Assembly: GCF_030028105.1 (NCBI RefSeq)
Contig: NC_092394.1
Coordinates: forward strand, 22,359,939 to 22,423,938
Length of the DNA: 64,000 bases
Reading direction: 5' to 3'
DNA from: Mobula birostris
Lineage: Eukaryota
The notes under the pieces were generated by a model, which searched no databases, was not told where the DNA came from, and was given only the letters and a program-made list of their open reading frames with translations. Numbering within the stretch: the first letter of the stretch is position 1; each line of letters begins with the position of its first letter. Positions 36,335-49,859 of this stretch are shown here, piece after piece. The position numbers were made by a program, and so were the translations under genes.

Positions 36335-37507
36335 CATATGTTAATAGTTCATCAAAAAGACTTTTTGTGGGTGGTTTGTTGTCTCTTACACATTGTTTAT
36401 CTTATAATTTGAAACACAAAGCAAAGAGGTGGAGTTGATGCCATACATCTCACAAAGTACTCTGACACAAATACAATTAATAACTATTTATATATTTCGT
36501 CTTCATTGAATAAGGTATATTTCCAGAGGATAGAAAGTAATTAGAAAGGTAAGGCACTGGGAAGATAAATGCCTTTTAAACGTAATTATTGAGTTCCAAT
36601 AATGTATATTTTTACCTCATCATTATGCTTGTTTATACATGAGGAACATAATGTCAAAGTGTAATAAATAACATCTTTTGATCTCAATTACATCACTGTA
36701 TAATTTGGATCAAATTTGGTATGATGTCTGCTAATGATGGCTTGGGGGCAAATGAATGTCATAAATTCAGTTAAGTCTGTTTCATAATACCTATTCTCCT
36801 GTTCTCCTCTTCAAGGATGGTAAATCACTTCATTATATTTGTTTTCTTAAATTTTGGGGTATGTTGTATATAAAATTACTCCTAGTATTATTGTTTATTG
36901 ATCCAATTAAGTAATGATTAAAATCAATGTTAGAGCTTTGTTACATTCAATGAAATAATACCATCTTTATATATTGACTCAGTTTTCATAAATTTGCATG
37001 GATTGTTTAAAATAATTGTCTCAATGACTAAGACACTTGTGTATAAAGCCAACTGCAAATACTACTCCGATTACTTTTCTTAAATGGTCAGTGACTCATT
37101 ATGTCATTAGTATTGAATTTGAAAATCTTATCTAACTGTGCACTTTTCAAGAATGCAGTCTATGTACATCTTTAGTTAGTAGAAATAATAGCAAACAGAT
37201 TACAGTGCTGCAAGCATTACTAATACTTGTACTGAAATGTTATTAAATGGTACTGTTTGATTCATTTAATCAAAATGTAGCACTGATGTACAAAGTCCTG
37301 TTATACAATTAATTTTCAAATTGGATTGTTACGACAAAGAGTTGTGTAGTTCTGACTTCAGAGTTTACTCTTATAGTTTAAAGAAAGCAGATTTACCAGA
37401 GGAACAAATGTGTAAGATGTGGATCAATTTAAATTGATTTGAAAGATAGCAAACATCAGAACCCCATACTTTCCTCAATTGTGTATTTTTGACTATTTAT
37501 GTTTCAA

Positions 37508-37513
37508 AATAAA
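37508..37513 (+). terminator. Candidate polyadenylation signal AATAAA
   Basis: Preceded by TGTA and U-rich elements and followed by a GU/U-rich tract (tttttggttgtc). A second AATAAA lies at 36663-36668. Confidence 0.55.
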
Positions 37514-38680
37514 CTTTTTGGTTGTCTTTAGAGGGTCTAAGATTAGGTTTTTTTTTGAACTATCATGTACTGTGTTTTTCAAAAAGGGGAAATAGCTTGT
37601 CATTTTTAATTTTTTTGCCAAGTTTCAATAATCTCATTTCCATTATTTTTCATTTCATATTTGCTAACTACTATTTTTGCAGAAAGTTGTACTGAAAGTG
37701 TTACCTTGAATTAAATTAATTGGTGAAGATCAGTGGCTCTGTAAAAAAGCTACTGACTGAATATGGCAAAACTTGAGCTACTCAATATGAATCTTTTAAA
37801 AAGAATTAAAAATGTCTGCCGGGTAGGTAGAATTATTTTATAAAATGACACTAATTTCAAGATCCAAACAGTTATGAATCCCTTAAATTATTAAGAAAGG
37901 GTAGAGGTTACATTAATAGATTACATATTTCTTAAAGAAAAAATATACAAACAAACGAGGTTAGCTCTATCAATTTTGACCATTTATTGATACTTTGTAA
38001 AATTACAAGACTGTAGCTATTAAATACACTGATTAAATTAATCATCAGTACAGTGATAAGGTTAAATACTTGGGTTTACTTCGACAATTAATAGTGATAA
38101 TTGGGAAATATCACATTTACCTCGATTATAATTGTTTTCTTCTAAGTGGTACAGATTAGTTTCTTCCAATATGTATTTTAATAGAAACCAATTAGGAATA
38201 CTAAAGTGACTGTAAACTACACAAACAATTACTCTATATTTATATTCAGTTCGTATATTTTTTGTATTCTTATAAAATCCTCTTAACCTTCAACAGTAAT
38301 CAATTGGCCCAGGAATGAGATGTTCACCCATCAAGTAAAATGTAACAATTGTTGTTCCATGTACCAAGATATACCGTGAAAAGCTAGTCTTGCATACTGT
38401 TTATACACATCAAATTAACATGCAGTGCATTGAGCTAGAATAAGGTAAAATCATAATAATGCAGAATAAAGTCTAAAAGTTACGGAACAAAATGCAGTGC
38501 AAGTAGGCGATAAGGTACAAGATCATAAGGTAAATTATGGACAAAAGTCCACCTTATCATACAAGAGATCCATGTAAGAGTCTGATAACAGCAGAATGGA
38601 AGCTGTCCTTGAGCCTGGTGATATGTTCTTTGAGGCTTTTGTATCCTCTGCTTGGTGGAAAAGGGGAAAAGAGGGAGAAT

Positions 38681-39183
38681 ATACACAAAATGCTGGAGGA
38701 ACTCAGCAGGCCAGGCAGCATCCATGGGAAAAAGTACTGTCGACTTTTCGGGCTGAGACCCTTGTCATAAAAAAAGATGAGTAGATTTAAAAGGTGAGGG
38801 GAGGGGAGATTGAAACACAAGGTGATGGGAGAAACCAGGAGGGTTTCCATTTCCCATTCCTGTTTCCCACTCTCACCTTACCTCCTTACCTGCCCATCAC
38901 CTCCCTCTGGTGTTCCTCTCCCTTCCCTTTCTTCCATGGCCTCCTGTCCTTTCTTATCAGATCCCCCCTTCTCCAGCCTTTTATCTCTTTCACCAATTGA
39001 CTTCCCAGCTCTTTACTTCACCCCTCCCCCATCTCAGCTTCACCTATCACCTACTGCCTTGTATTTCTTCCTCCCCTCTCCCCACCTTCTTACTCTAACT
39101 TCTCAGCTTTTTTCTCCAGTGCTGATGAAGGCTGTTGGCCCAAAAATTTGTTTACTCTTTTTTCATAGATGCTGCCTGGCGCA
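38681..39183. mobile_element. Penelope-derived inverted-repeat element with two degenerate hammerhead motifs
   Basis: An inverted arm at 38681-~38835 and a sense arm at ~38850-39183, similar to 11600-11920. Hammerhead remnants lie at ~38738-38768 (-) and ~39117-39150 (+). Confidence 0.7.
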
Positions 39184-39189
39184 CTGATT

Positions 39190-40078
39190 TCACGTAGAGG
39201 TGTGCATTCTCCAAAGGACCTCAGTCTCCTCAGGAAGTAGAGCTGATTTGGCCCTTCTTGTACATAGGTTCTGTGTTGGTGCTCCACTCAAGTCTGTCAT
39301 CCAGGTGCACCCCCAGGTACTTGTGAGTCCTTACCACATTCATGTTCCCACCATCAATAGTGATGGAGCAGTGAACTTCCTAAAATCCATCACTATCTCC
39401 TTTGTCTTACTGATGTTGAGCTGCAGATAATTCAGCTTGCACCATTTGACATAGTCCTCCACCGGTGCACTGCATTCATCCTCCCGTCCTCCCTTCATAC
39501 ACCCAGCTATTGCAGAGTCATCAGAAAATATCTGCGGATGACATGACTCAGTGTTGTATCTCAAGCCTCTGGTATACAGGTAAACAGGAAGGGACACAAT
39601 ACAGTCTCCTATGGGGCCTCAGTGTTGCTTATCGCCATGTCTGACACAGCTCTGAAGCTACACAAACTGTGGTCTGCCATTGAGGTAGTCATTAACCAGG
39701 GTACAATGAAGTGCCAAGCTGCATTGAACAGAGTTTTTCCCTCAACAGTGAGGGCTGTATGCAATTGAAGGCACATGAGAAATCAAAAAACATGATCCTC
39801 ACAGTGCTGCACTGCTTATCCAAATGGGAGTAGGCTCTGTTCAGCAGGTAATTGACAGCATCATCGACTCCAATGTGCTCCTTGTAGGCAAACTGCAGGT
39901 GGTCGAGGGCTGATCTGACCAGAGGTTGGAGGTGAGCCAGGACCAACCTCTCTAGGGTCTTCATGATGTGTGAAAAAGGTACTGTAGTCATTCAAGACTT
40001 TCGGTTGGCCCTTCTTGGGTACTGTGACCACACATGATGTTTTCCATGCAGTCAGGACCCTTTCCAGGCTGAGGCTCA
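39190..40078 (-). mobile_element. Rex1/Babar-like RT fragment
   Basis: Motifs IMKTLERLVL...LQFAY...GVDDA...VRIMFFDFSCAFNCIQP and FSDD...LQLNISKTKEIVMDFRK. Confidence 0.85.
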
Positions 40079-41939
40079 GATGGAAAATGCACCAGGTATA
40101 GTTGAAATAGAAATATTTATCAAAATTATCAATTGTGATTCCAATCAGGTAATGGCTTTAACCAAGTCAACTTCGAAATTCTTTGAAGTGCTGTCCTTGG
40201 TGTGTGTCTGCATATTGAAATGCAGAATTCTTGCTTCAAGAAAATGTAAATTGCTTTTGAAGTGAAGGCTCTACTGTACAAATTTTGTAGTGGCTGTTTT
40301 TGGCCTGAGCAATATCCCTGAATAGCTGTCACCTGATATGTTTACTCATTTTTCAAGAACGATGCATTGCCAGAATTAATATAAAATATGCCACTCCACT
40401 CTTAGTACGATCATTTCACATCTCTGTTAATTGACAGCACACTCTCAGGTCTTTTCTAATGCCAGTTCACCTAAAACCACCAACCAAATCTCCCATTGTC
40501 ACTGATACTGCCTTGCTTATTTTTAAAGCAATTACTGATTAAGTACAAAGTAAATTGTTCAACCAGAGGTTATTCAGAAACAAAAGATGTAGCAAAAACT
40601 CATTTGGTTAGGCAACATCTGTGCAAGGAGAAAAAGAGACAACACTTCAGGATGAAGAGCCTTTGTTGAAATTAGGAAAGAGGAAAATGATAAGTTTAAA
40701 GTTGGGAAGCTATTGTGGGAAGAATGGATAAGAGAAAATGATATGTTATCAGGTTGAAGCTAAGGTTGTTGCAGGGCTGGGGTGTTAATGAAGCAGTTGG
40801 AAGATGACAAGGAAATGGGATGTGTTATAATCCTCTAAGAAGTCCAATAGTAACTCATGTCCACAGTAATGCTAACCCCAAATATTCCTTGATCTGTTGA
40901 TCCGTTTCCTCAACCATCAACTGAAAACTAACTTTCCATCTTCATTCAGTTCTGACAAAAGATTTTCAACCTGAATCACTAAATGTTTTCACAAATGAAT
41001 TCTGACTTGGTGTTTCCAGAATGTTTTTTTCTTTTGTTTTCAATCACCAGTATTAGTAGTTTTTATTTACTTTTATTTACCAGAGATCATTCAGAATTCT
41101 TTTCTGAACTTCAGATTCTATTTCCCAATGTTTGTATATCTTTGACGAAAAGAGAATTGCTCATATGGTGGGAAGCACATTATAATCTTGATTTTTTGTT
41201 AAAAGTAATGATGAAATTCTATTTCTGTAGCATTGTATTCCATGTCAGAAGAGATTTGTCAGGTAAGTGATAAAGGATGTTTCAGAACACACCTTGTAGA
41301 GCATATTTTATATCTGTGTGTAATCAAACAAATATGGAAAAGTATCTAATCCAAATGACTGTAGTATTTGGAATGACTTTCCCACCACACACGTTTGCAA
41401 GACTAGATTGTCAAGCATAACACTATTCTGGGTAATACCACCATATAACCAAACTCGATCTAAGATAGCTCGGAGCAGAGAAATAAAACGCTTCCACGGG
41501 GAATTGCTGGAACCTATCGGAATGAAAATGTAAACCATAAAAGGTAAGGTATGTTTTTTTTTATTAATGCTTGTAGGACATGGATAAATTAGTTATTATG
41601 CAACTTAAATATAGAAAGAAAAACAAATGAGAACTGAAAATACCCAGTATTGCTGTCTGTCCTTGTACTATCTTATATGGAGATGATTCTGTTAATTGGC
41701 ATGTCAGATTGAATTTTTATTATGTATGCCTGTAACTTAAAACGAGCTCAAGCTTCAATTTCCCTTGTGGTGAATCTCAATGCTCCTGCAGCAGCCCTGT
41801 CAAAAATAATTCTTTGTACTGCCGTTTTGGTGATGGCATAATTTATCCAAGTCATATTCTGTTAGTGAGGAAAGTCCCAAATGTCTATGTTATTATTTCT
41901 TGTGAGAAGGGAAGATTTAGTCTTTTTTTATTATTTTGA

Positions 41940-42180
41940 GACACAGCACAGTAACAGGCACTTCCAGTCCAACAAACCTGCACCACTCAATTACACCCTT
42001 CTGATCCATTAACCCACTGACCCGTATGTCTTTGGAACATGAAAGGAAACTGAGCACCCAAAGGAAACCCACATGATCATGGGGGAAACCATACAAACTC
42101 TTTAAAGACAGCGGCAGAATTTAACCCAGGCCGCATGTGCTGCAATAGCTTTATACTAACCATTATGCTATGTGCCACCT
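41940..42180 (-). mobile_element. V-domain SINE copy
   Basis: Reverse complement of the SINE at 25308 (ggaaactgagcacccaaaggaaacccac). Another degraded copy is at ~49346-49512. Confidence 0.65.
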
Positions 42181-42339
42181 TTTACAAGAATTGATTTTTA
42201 TTGTATTGGATGTATAGTTCATTTTTAGCTTAACCAAAGACCAAATTCACTCATTGTGTGTGATGGATGGGATAACAGAAAAAAATGCATAGGTCTTCAT
42301 TTGTTTTATTGAATATATTCAAATTTAATGATATTAAAG

Positions 42340-42700
42340 AAAGAAGGCAATGTGCTTACAATGGTAAATTGTGAATAATACTGATAGGCTGGAACTTAGA
42401 ATTCAAATCCCACCACGGTGACTGGGGAAATTAATTCTGTTAATTGAGTATATCTGGCTTTTAATTTCTATAATGGCAAAAATTACCTCAGGCAAGGAAA
42501 CCTGCCATCCTTACCTGGTCTCCCCCCGACTCCAAAATTATAAGTTGACTCTTAATTGCCCACAGAAAAGGTTTTGTGAAGCACTCATTTGCACCCATCT
42601 GCCATTATAAATATGCCATGAGAAAGGTAATGGTCAGAATTGCAGCTCACAATCACATTCTTAAAGGCAATAAATGCTGTCTTTGCTAGCACATCCCAAA
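42340..42700 (+). mobile_element. Ancient SINE remnant, probably Deu-domain (SacSINE1-like)
   Basis: Contains ttcaaatcccacca, ggaaacctgccatccttacctggtct, gttgactcttaattgccc and a ggcaataaatgct tail. The family is recalled from memory. A similar tail ends the LINE remnant at ~47470-48365. Confidence 0.45.
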
Positions 42701-43831
42701 GAATAGAAATCTGGAACAAAATAATTACTTGAATCTTACTTGGATCAAACAGAAGTGTATATATTCATCTGATATTTCATTGAGGGGAGAGAAAAGGACC
42801 AGATGCTTTATATGTGTGATATGCATACAGCCACTGATGATAGAAGTGTCATGCTTTGTACCTATATTTTGGAGATGAGATGCAATAATATCACCAAATT
42901 TGAGTTATCAACACTTAACCTAAAAGATGCATAGCCAGTTGAACAGGTTGAATTTTTCTGAAGTGTCCAACATGTTTCTTGCAGAACTTTGCCTCTGATC
43001 AATATCTTTGTGGTCTTAAATTACTAACCCCATCTCTTCAGAGGCCATTTGTATACACAGACTTAGGAACACAAGAGGCAACAGCTGCTGGAAGCTAGAG
43101 TAAGACTATCTTCTGGAGGAACTCAGCAAGTTGAGTAGTATTTATGGGAGGGAAGATAATGTTGACATTGCAGGTTGAAACCCTGCATAAGGCTATGGGT
43201 TGGTTATTTCTAGCCACATTGTATCTGGTGATCATTTGCTGCCAATAGCCTTGCTGCTTCTGCCTGCATCTCTAAATATATCTGGAATAAGCTTCTATCC
43301 ACTTTGTTGACCCCACAGGGGTTATTTATTTAAAGACACAATGTTTCTATTCTACTGTCTTTTAGGCACCTTCTATCAGGAAACGGGTCCATTATTCTAG
43401 AACCTTGGGGTTTGATAAAACATGGCATATACTATTGACTTCAAATATATCAAACCTCACATCTACTTTTGTTAACTTGGCTTCCAATTTGCTGCAGAGT
43501 TGTAATAAAGATCATTGCATTATACAGCACAGAAATAAGCCCTTTGGTCCAATCTGTTCATGCCAACCAAAATACCCATCTGGCTTGGTCGCATTTGCTC
43601 ATGCTTGGCCCGCATCCCTGTAAATTTTTCTTACCCATGTATCTGTTCAAATACCTCTTAAGTGCTGTTGATGTAGCTGTCTCAAGCACTACTTCTGGCA
43701 TTTTATTCCATATATATACAACCCTTCATGTTTAAAAACATGCCTCTCACATTCCCACAAAATCTTTCCCTTTAATATTTTACCTTAAACTTGTCCGCTC
43801 TAGTTCTTGATTCTGCAACCCTAAGAAAAAT

Positions 43832-46752
43832 TATAGAACGTATAGAACATAGAATGGTACAGCACAGTACAGGCCCTTCGGCCCACAATGTTGGCCCCTC
43901 TCTCCCATATAACCCCCCCCCACCTTAAATTCCTCCATATACCTGTCTAGTAGTCTCTTAAATTTCACTAGTGTATCTGCCTCCACCACTGACTCAGGCA
44001 GTGCATTCCACACACCAACCACTCTCTTGAGTAAAAAACCTTCCTCTAATAGCCCCCTTGAAATTCCTACCCCTTACCTTAAAGCCATGTCCTCTTGTAC
44101 TGAGCAGTGGTGCCCTGGGGAAGAGGCGCTGGCTGTCCACTCTATCTATTCCTCTTAATATCTTGTATACCTCTATCATGTCTCCTCTCATCCTCTTCCT
44201 CTCCAAAGAGTAAAGCTCTAGCTCCCTTAATCTCTGATCATAATGCATACTCTCTAAACCAGGCAGCATCCTGGTAAATCTCCTCTGTACCCTTTCCAAT
44301 GCTTCCACATCCTTCCTATAGTGAGGCGACCAGAACTGGACACAGTACTGCAAGTGTGGCCTAACCAGAGTTTTATAGAGCTGCATCATTACCTCGCGAC
44401 TCTTAAACTCTATCCCTCGACTTATGAAAGTTAACACCCCATAAGCTTTCTATACTACCCTATCTACCTGTGAGGCAACTTTCAGGGGTCTGTGTACATG
44501 TACCCCCAGATCTCTCTGCTCCTCCACACTACCAAGTATCCTGCCATTTACTTTGTACTCTGCCTTGGAGTTTGTCCTTCCAAAGTGTACCACCTCACAT
44601 TTCTCCAGGTTGAACTCCATCTGCCACTTCTCAGCCCACTTCTGCATCCATCAATGTCTCTGCAGTCTTTGACAATCCTCTACACTATCTACAACACCAC
44701 CAACCTTTGTGTCGTCTGCAAACTTGTCAGCCCACCCTTTGACCCCCACATCCAGGTCATTAATAAAAATCATGAAAAGTAGAGGTCCCAGAACAGATCC
44801 TTGTGGGACACCACAACCCTCCAATCCAAATGTACTTCCTCCACCACAACCCTCTGCTTTCTGCAGGCAAGCCAATTCTGAATCCACCTGGTCAAACTTC
44901 CCTGGATCCCATGCCTTCTGACTATCTGAATAAGCCTACCGTGTGGAACCTTGTCAAATGCCTTACTAAAATCCATGTAGATCACATCCACTGTACTACC
45001 CTCATCTATATGTCTGGTCACTTCCTCAAAGGACTCTATCAGGCTTGTTAGACACGATCTGCCCTTCACAAAGCCATGCTGACTGTCCCTGATTAGACCA
45101 TGATTCTCTAAATGCCCATAGATCCTATCTCTAAGAATCTTTTCCAGCAGCTTTCCCACAGATGTAAGGCTTACTGGTCTATAATTACCTGGACTATCCT
45201 TACTACCTTTTTTGAACAAGGGGACAACATTCGTCTCCCTCCAGTCCTCTGGTACCATTCTCATGGACAACGAGGACATACAGATCCTAGCCAGAGGCTC
45301 AGCAACCTCTCCCCTCACCTCATGGAGCAGCCTGGGGAATATTCCATCCAGACCTGGGGACTTTTCTACCCTAATGTATTTTAATAACTCCAATACCACC
45401 TCTTCCTTAATATCAACATGCTCCAAAACATCAACCTCACTCATATTGTCCTCACCATCATCAAGTTCCCTCTCATTGGTGAATACCAAAGAGAAGTATT
45501 CATTTAGGACCTCGCTCACTTCCACAGCCTCCAGGCACATCTTCTCACCTTTATCTCTAATTGGTCCTACCTTCACTCCTGTCAGCCTTTTATTCTTCAC
45601 ATAATTGAAGAATGCCTTGGGGTTTTCCTTTACCCTACTCGCCAAGGCCTTCTCATGCCCCCTTCTTGCTCTCCTCAGCCCCTTCTTAAGCTCCTTTCTT
45701 GCTACCCTATATTCCTCAATAGACCCATCTGATCCTTGCTTCCTAAACCTCATGTATGCTGCCTTCTTCCACCTGACTAGATTTTCCACCTCACTTCTCA
45801 CCCATGGTTCCTTCACCCTGCCATTCTTTATCTTCCTTACTGGGAAAAATTTATCGCTAACATCCTGCAATGGATCTCTAAACATCGACCACATGTCCAT
45901 AGTAAATTTCCCTGCAAAAACATCATCCCAATTCACACCCGCAAGCTCTAGCCTTATAGCCTCAGGATTTGTCCTTCCCCAATTAAAAATTTTCCTGTCC
46001 TCTCTGATTTATCCTTTTCCATGATAATGTTAAAGGCCAGGGAGCAGTGGTCACTGTCCCCCAGATGCTCACCCACTGAGAGATCTGAGACCTGACCCGG
46101 TTCATTACCTAATACTAGATCTAGTATGGCATTCCCCATAGTTGGCCTGTCAACATACTGTGACAGGAATCTGTCCTGAACACACGTAACAAACTCTACA
46201 CCGTCTAAACCATTGGAACTAATCAGGTGCCAATCTTAACTTAAGGAAGTTACTCATGATAACTTAAGTCACTCATGATAACAACCCTGTTATTTTTGCA
46301 CCTTTCCAAAATCTACCTCCCAGTCTGCTCCTTGGTATCTCTGCTGCTACCAGGGGGCCTATAGAATACTCCCAATAGAGTAACTGCTCCCATCCTGTTC
46401 CTGACTTCTACCCATACTGACTCAAAAGAGGATCCTGCTACACTACCCACCCTTTCTGTAGCTGTAATAGTATGCCTGACCAGTAATGCCACCCCTCCCC
46501 CCCTCCCCCCCCCATCCCTTTTAAAGCACTGAAATCCAGGAATATTGAGAATCCATTCCTGCCCTGGTGCCAGCCAAGTCTCTGCAATGGCCACCACGTC
46601 ATAATTCCATGCATGTATCCAAGCCCTCAGTTCATCACCTTTGTTCCTGATGCTTCTTGCATTGAAGTACACGCACTTTAGCCTTTCTACCTTACTACCT
46701 TTACACCCTTTATTCTGCTTCTCTTTCCTCAAAGCCTCTTTATATGTTAGAT
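43832..46752 (-). mobile_element. Relatively young CR1 LINE, nearly complete ORF2 (APE + RT) with a few lesions, nested in an older CR1 (~43520-47060)
   Basis: Motifs LKCVYFNARSIRNK, ETWL, LDLVL...GDSDH, YMDFSKAFDKVPH, GVPQGSVLGPLLF and FADD. A (ttctatg)n tail lies at 43832-43853. Confidence 0.95.
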
Positions 46753-49172
46753 ATATTCACATAATCAATGCCCCTCATGATTTTATACACCTCCACTAGA
46801 TCACTCTTTATTTTCCAATGTTGGAATAAATAAAGTCTTGGCTATTTCAGCCTGACTCTTTTACTCAGTCCCTTGAGTCCAGCAACACACTGCACTCTTC
46901 ATAGCTTAATGGCAACTTTCTGAAAACAGGATGATCAAAATTTAACATTAATCCAAATGCAGTCTCACTAATACCTTGTACAACTGCAATATAACATTTT
47001 AACTTCTATACTCAGTGCCCAAACTGCTAAAGACCAGCAAGGCAAAAGCCATCTTCATTTCTGCTGTGTTGTAGCAATATAACCCCTCATAATCAGATCA
47101 TCTTTGAGATAATATTCCAGAACTTTTTATTCCTTATATGTACAGTTTAGCCTTATCACTCATCTATGAAAACCAAGTCTAACTTTTGAGTCAAAATTAT
47201 TCTTTGATTTGTATTTACATCATGATAAAACTCTAGTCAGCCCTACTTGCTTCATGCAACCCAGTATATTTATTTAACTACATCAAAGTTGCTGGTGAAC
47301 GCAGCAGGCCAGGCAGCATTTCTAGGAAGATGTACGGTCTGGTTAAACCTCTCCTTCCCTTTCCCTCCCCCCAACCTTCTTACTCTGGCTTCTTCCAGTG
47401 ATATCAAAGAAAATTACTTCCATCTTACTGCAGTATTGATCTGTGTGGCATCATCACAACCCAATAAAACTGAAAATTGAGGACAAAATGAAAATGCTCT
47501 AGGGGTTGGAGCCATACCTCGCACAAAGGAGGATGTCTATGGTTGTTAGAGGTTGATCATCCCAGCACTAAGACATCTCTGTGGGAGTTCCTCTGGCCCA
47601 ACAAATTGCTGTTCAATGGAAGTAGTTTTCCTTCCATTAGAAAGGTCAGAAGTGGAAACTTAACTGATTATAAAATGCTTAGTTCCATTTTCAGCAAGTG
47701 AAGCACCTCATACAGTACAACCAAGGCCAGATTTAGGAAAGGGTAGTATATAATAGTTAATCTACAAAGTGCAAGGCAATGGCCATTTTCATGAACAGCC
47801 ATTCTAATCATTTAAATTTAACAATCAATCACATTTCCATTGCAAAATCCTATCATCAATGAACTGGGAGGTCATACAAAATTTAACTGAACCAGCCACA
47901 CATAAACATGGGTCACAAAGTTGGCACTGCAACAGGAATACTCCTCATTTGACTAGATTTATGCAGCTCCAACAAATCTCAGGAAGCCTCACACCACCCA
48001 GGTCAAAGTTGCCCACTTGATTAACACCAGATTTATTATAATCCGTCCTTTGCCTCCATCATTGGCACACAATGGCTGCACCAATGGTAGTACCTAAAAA
48101 ATGCACTGAGACTCACCCAGGCACCTAAATGCACCTCCTAAATCCACAATCTTTACAATCAAAGAGGACAGTGGTTGCAAGCACATGGTTACAGCTTCAC
48201 CTCCATCCTAGCCTGGAACTGTCTCAGTTCCTTTATCAATTCCAAATCCTGGAGAGCTTTGCCCAATAGCGTTGTGGGAGCGTTTTCATCAGGATTACAG
48301 AGGTTCAAGAAAGCAGTGCACTGGCAATTTCTCATTGGCATTTAGGGATGAGCAATAATGCCCAATGACGTTTTTAGAATGTTCATCAATTTCAGTTATT
48401 CCCTGTGCCATCAGGCACATTGGGTGGCAACCTTGCCGTTCCTTTAGTATTTGTCTGTTTTACAAGGCCGAGTTGCTAGCTTGGTACTGAACCCAGCATG
48501 GGTGGTACTCATGCAAGGAGTCATCAAGTTCAATGCAAATAAAACCTTACAAAGTCAACAGACGCCTAACAACATACCAGTTATATAATGTTACAAGCCA
48601 ATGCTGAACAAGCACATTGTAAATATCTGCTTGCATGTAAATAAATACATTCAATTGATCTTTGTTGCCATACTGGCCAGTTAAATAAGCAAAAATATAC
48701 ATTACCAGGTTTGTGAATCTCTTGTTACTTTATCTTGAATAACACACACCTTCACCTTCTGTCCTTTTTGTTTCTGCCAAAAAGGCTTAGAGGAAGGAGA
48801 ATCATGATCAACCTTCTCTACTGCCAAAGGCAATTAATTCTATATTTGGGAGTGACCATATTTAATCTGGTAGGGATGGTAACCCATCTTTTTATTCTCT
48901 GGGCAGGAATATCCCTTCAACAGTTTCCAGTACTGCACAGCTGAGATCATGAACATGGTCTAATGCAGGTTTAGTCCTGCCTCTTTTCACACTTGCTCAA
49001 ATTTATGATTATTAATAAAAGTAATGACACAGGAGGCAGCTATTCAATCATTCAGGACAATGCCAGTTACTGACGTTCAATCACATCACTCTCACTCCTC
49101 ATCTCCTTATTATCATGTATCTATCTCTACAGCTTGTTTTCTCTCACACAAGTCCATAAACTCTGCTGATTA

Positions 49173-49331
49173 AGACAAGAAAATGTGCAGATGCTGGAAA
49201 TCCAAGCAACCCACATGAAATGCTGGAGGAACTCAGCAGGTCTGGAAGCATCTATAGAAAAGAGTAAATAGTTGACGTTTCGGGCCGAGACCCTTCGTCA
49301 GGACTGGGGGAGAAAAAAAGCAGCAATCAGC
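49173..49331 (-). mobile_element. 159-bp Penelope-derived mini-element with perfect 14-bp TSD
   Basis: TSD aactctgctgatta (49159-49172, 49332-49345). The body is the Penelope terminal sequence, including the hammerhead motif. Confidence 0.88.
49269..49306 (-). ncRNA. Minimal type I hammerhead ribozyme motif (intact catalytic core)
   Basis: The minus strand reads cagtc-CTGACGA-A-GGGT-CTCG-GCCC-GAAA-C-GTC-aact. It has both conserved boxes, a 4-bp stem II, palindromic ACGT stem III and a GUC cleavage triplet (49276-49274). Confidence 0.8.
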
Positions 49332-49859
49332 AACTCTGCTGATTACCCCAGGGAATCGTTCACAGTAGACAATTAATCTATTAACAGATCATTGGGAAAT
49401 GGGAGGAAATCTGGAGGAAACCCACACAATCAAGTGAAAGCATACTAATTCCACACAGCAATCATCCCAGTCTCTGGAGCAATGAAGCAGCAGTACTACC
49501 TGCTACACCACTTCATTTAGTATTGGAATGATGAAATAGAAACATGAAATGTTATTATTGTACTTAATTTTTATAAGATTGTTTTGAAAGTAAAATGTTT
49601 ATTTGCCACCTATCAATGTTCCTTTTTTACCTCTGAGTAGGATTTCCAGATGATTCCATCAGTAGCAGAACATTAAACTAAAGCCATTACTTTATCCACT
49701 TGTCAATGATTCCAAATACAGGGATACATTTATTGTGTTATACAGCACAGAAACAAGCCCTTTGGCTGAACTCTTCCATGCTACATCACCCCATTAGCAT
49801 TTGGCTCATATCCCTCTAAGCCTTTCCAATCCACGTAGCTATCGAAATAGTTTTATTTA

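Larger units (their letters stand above)
35793..37535 (+). other. MYO18A: Probable MYO18A 3' UTR (AT-rich, no recognisable TE)
   Basis: Follows the stop codon and ends near AATAAA 37508-37513. The end position is approximate. Confidence 0.6.

Noticed and set aside
41287-41543. Exon-like segment (tttcag ... AAG|gtaagg) and minus-strand ORF 41308-41538
   Set aside because: No frame is open across the segment on + and no recognisable protein is encoded on either strand. At most a non-coding exon.
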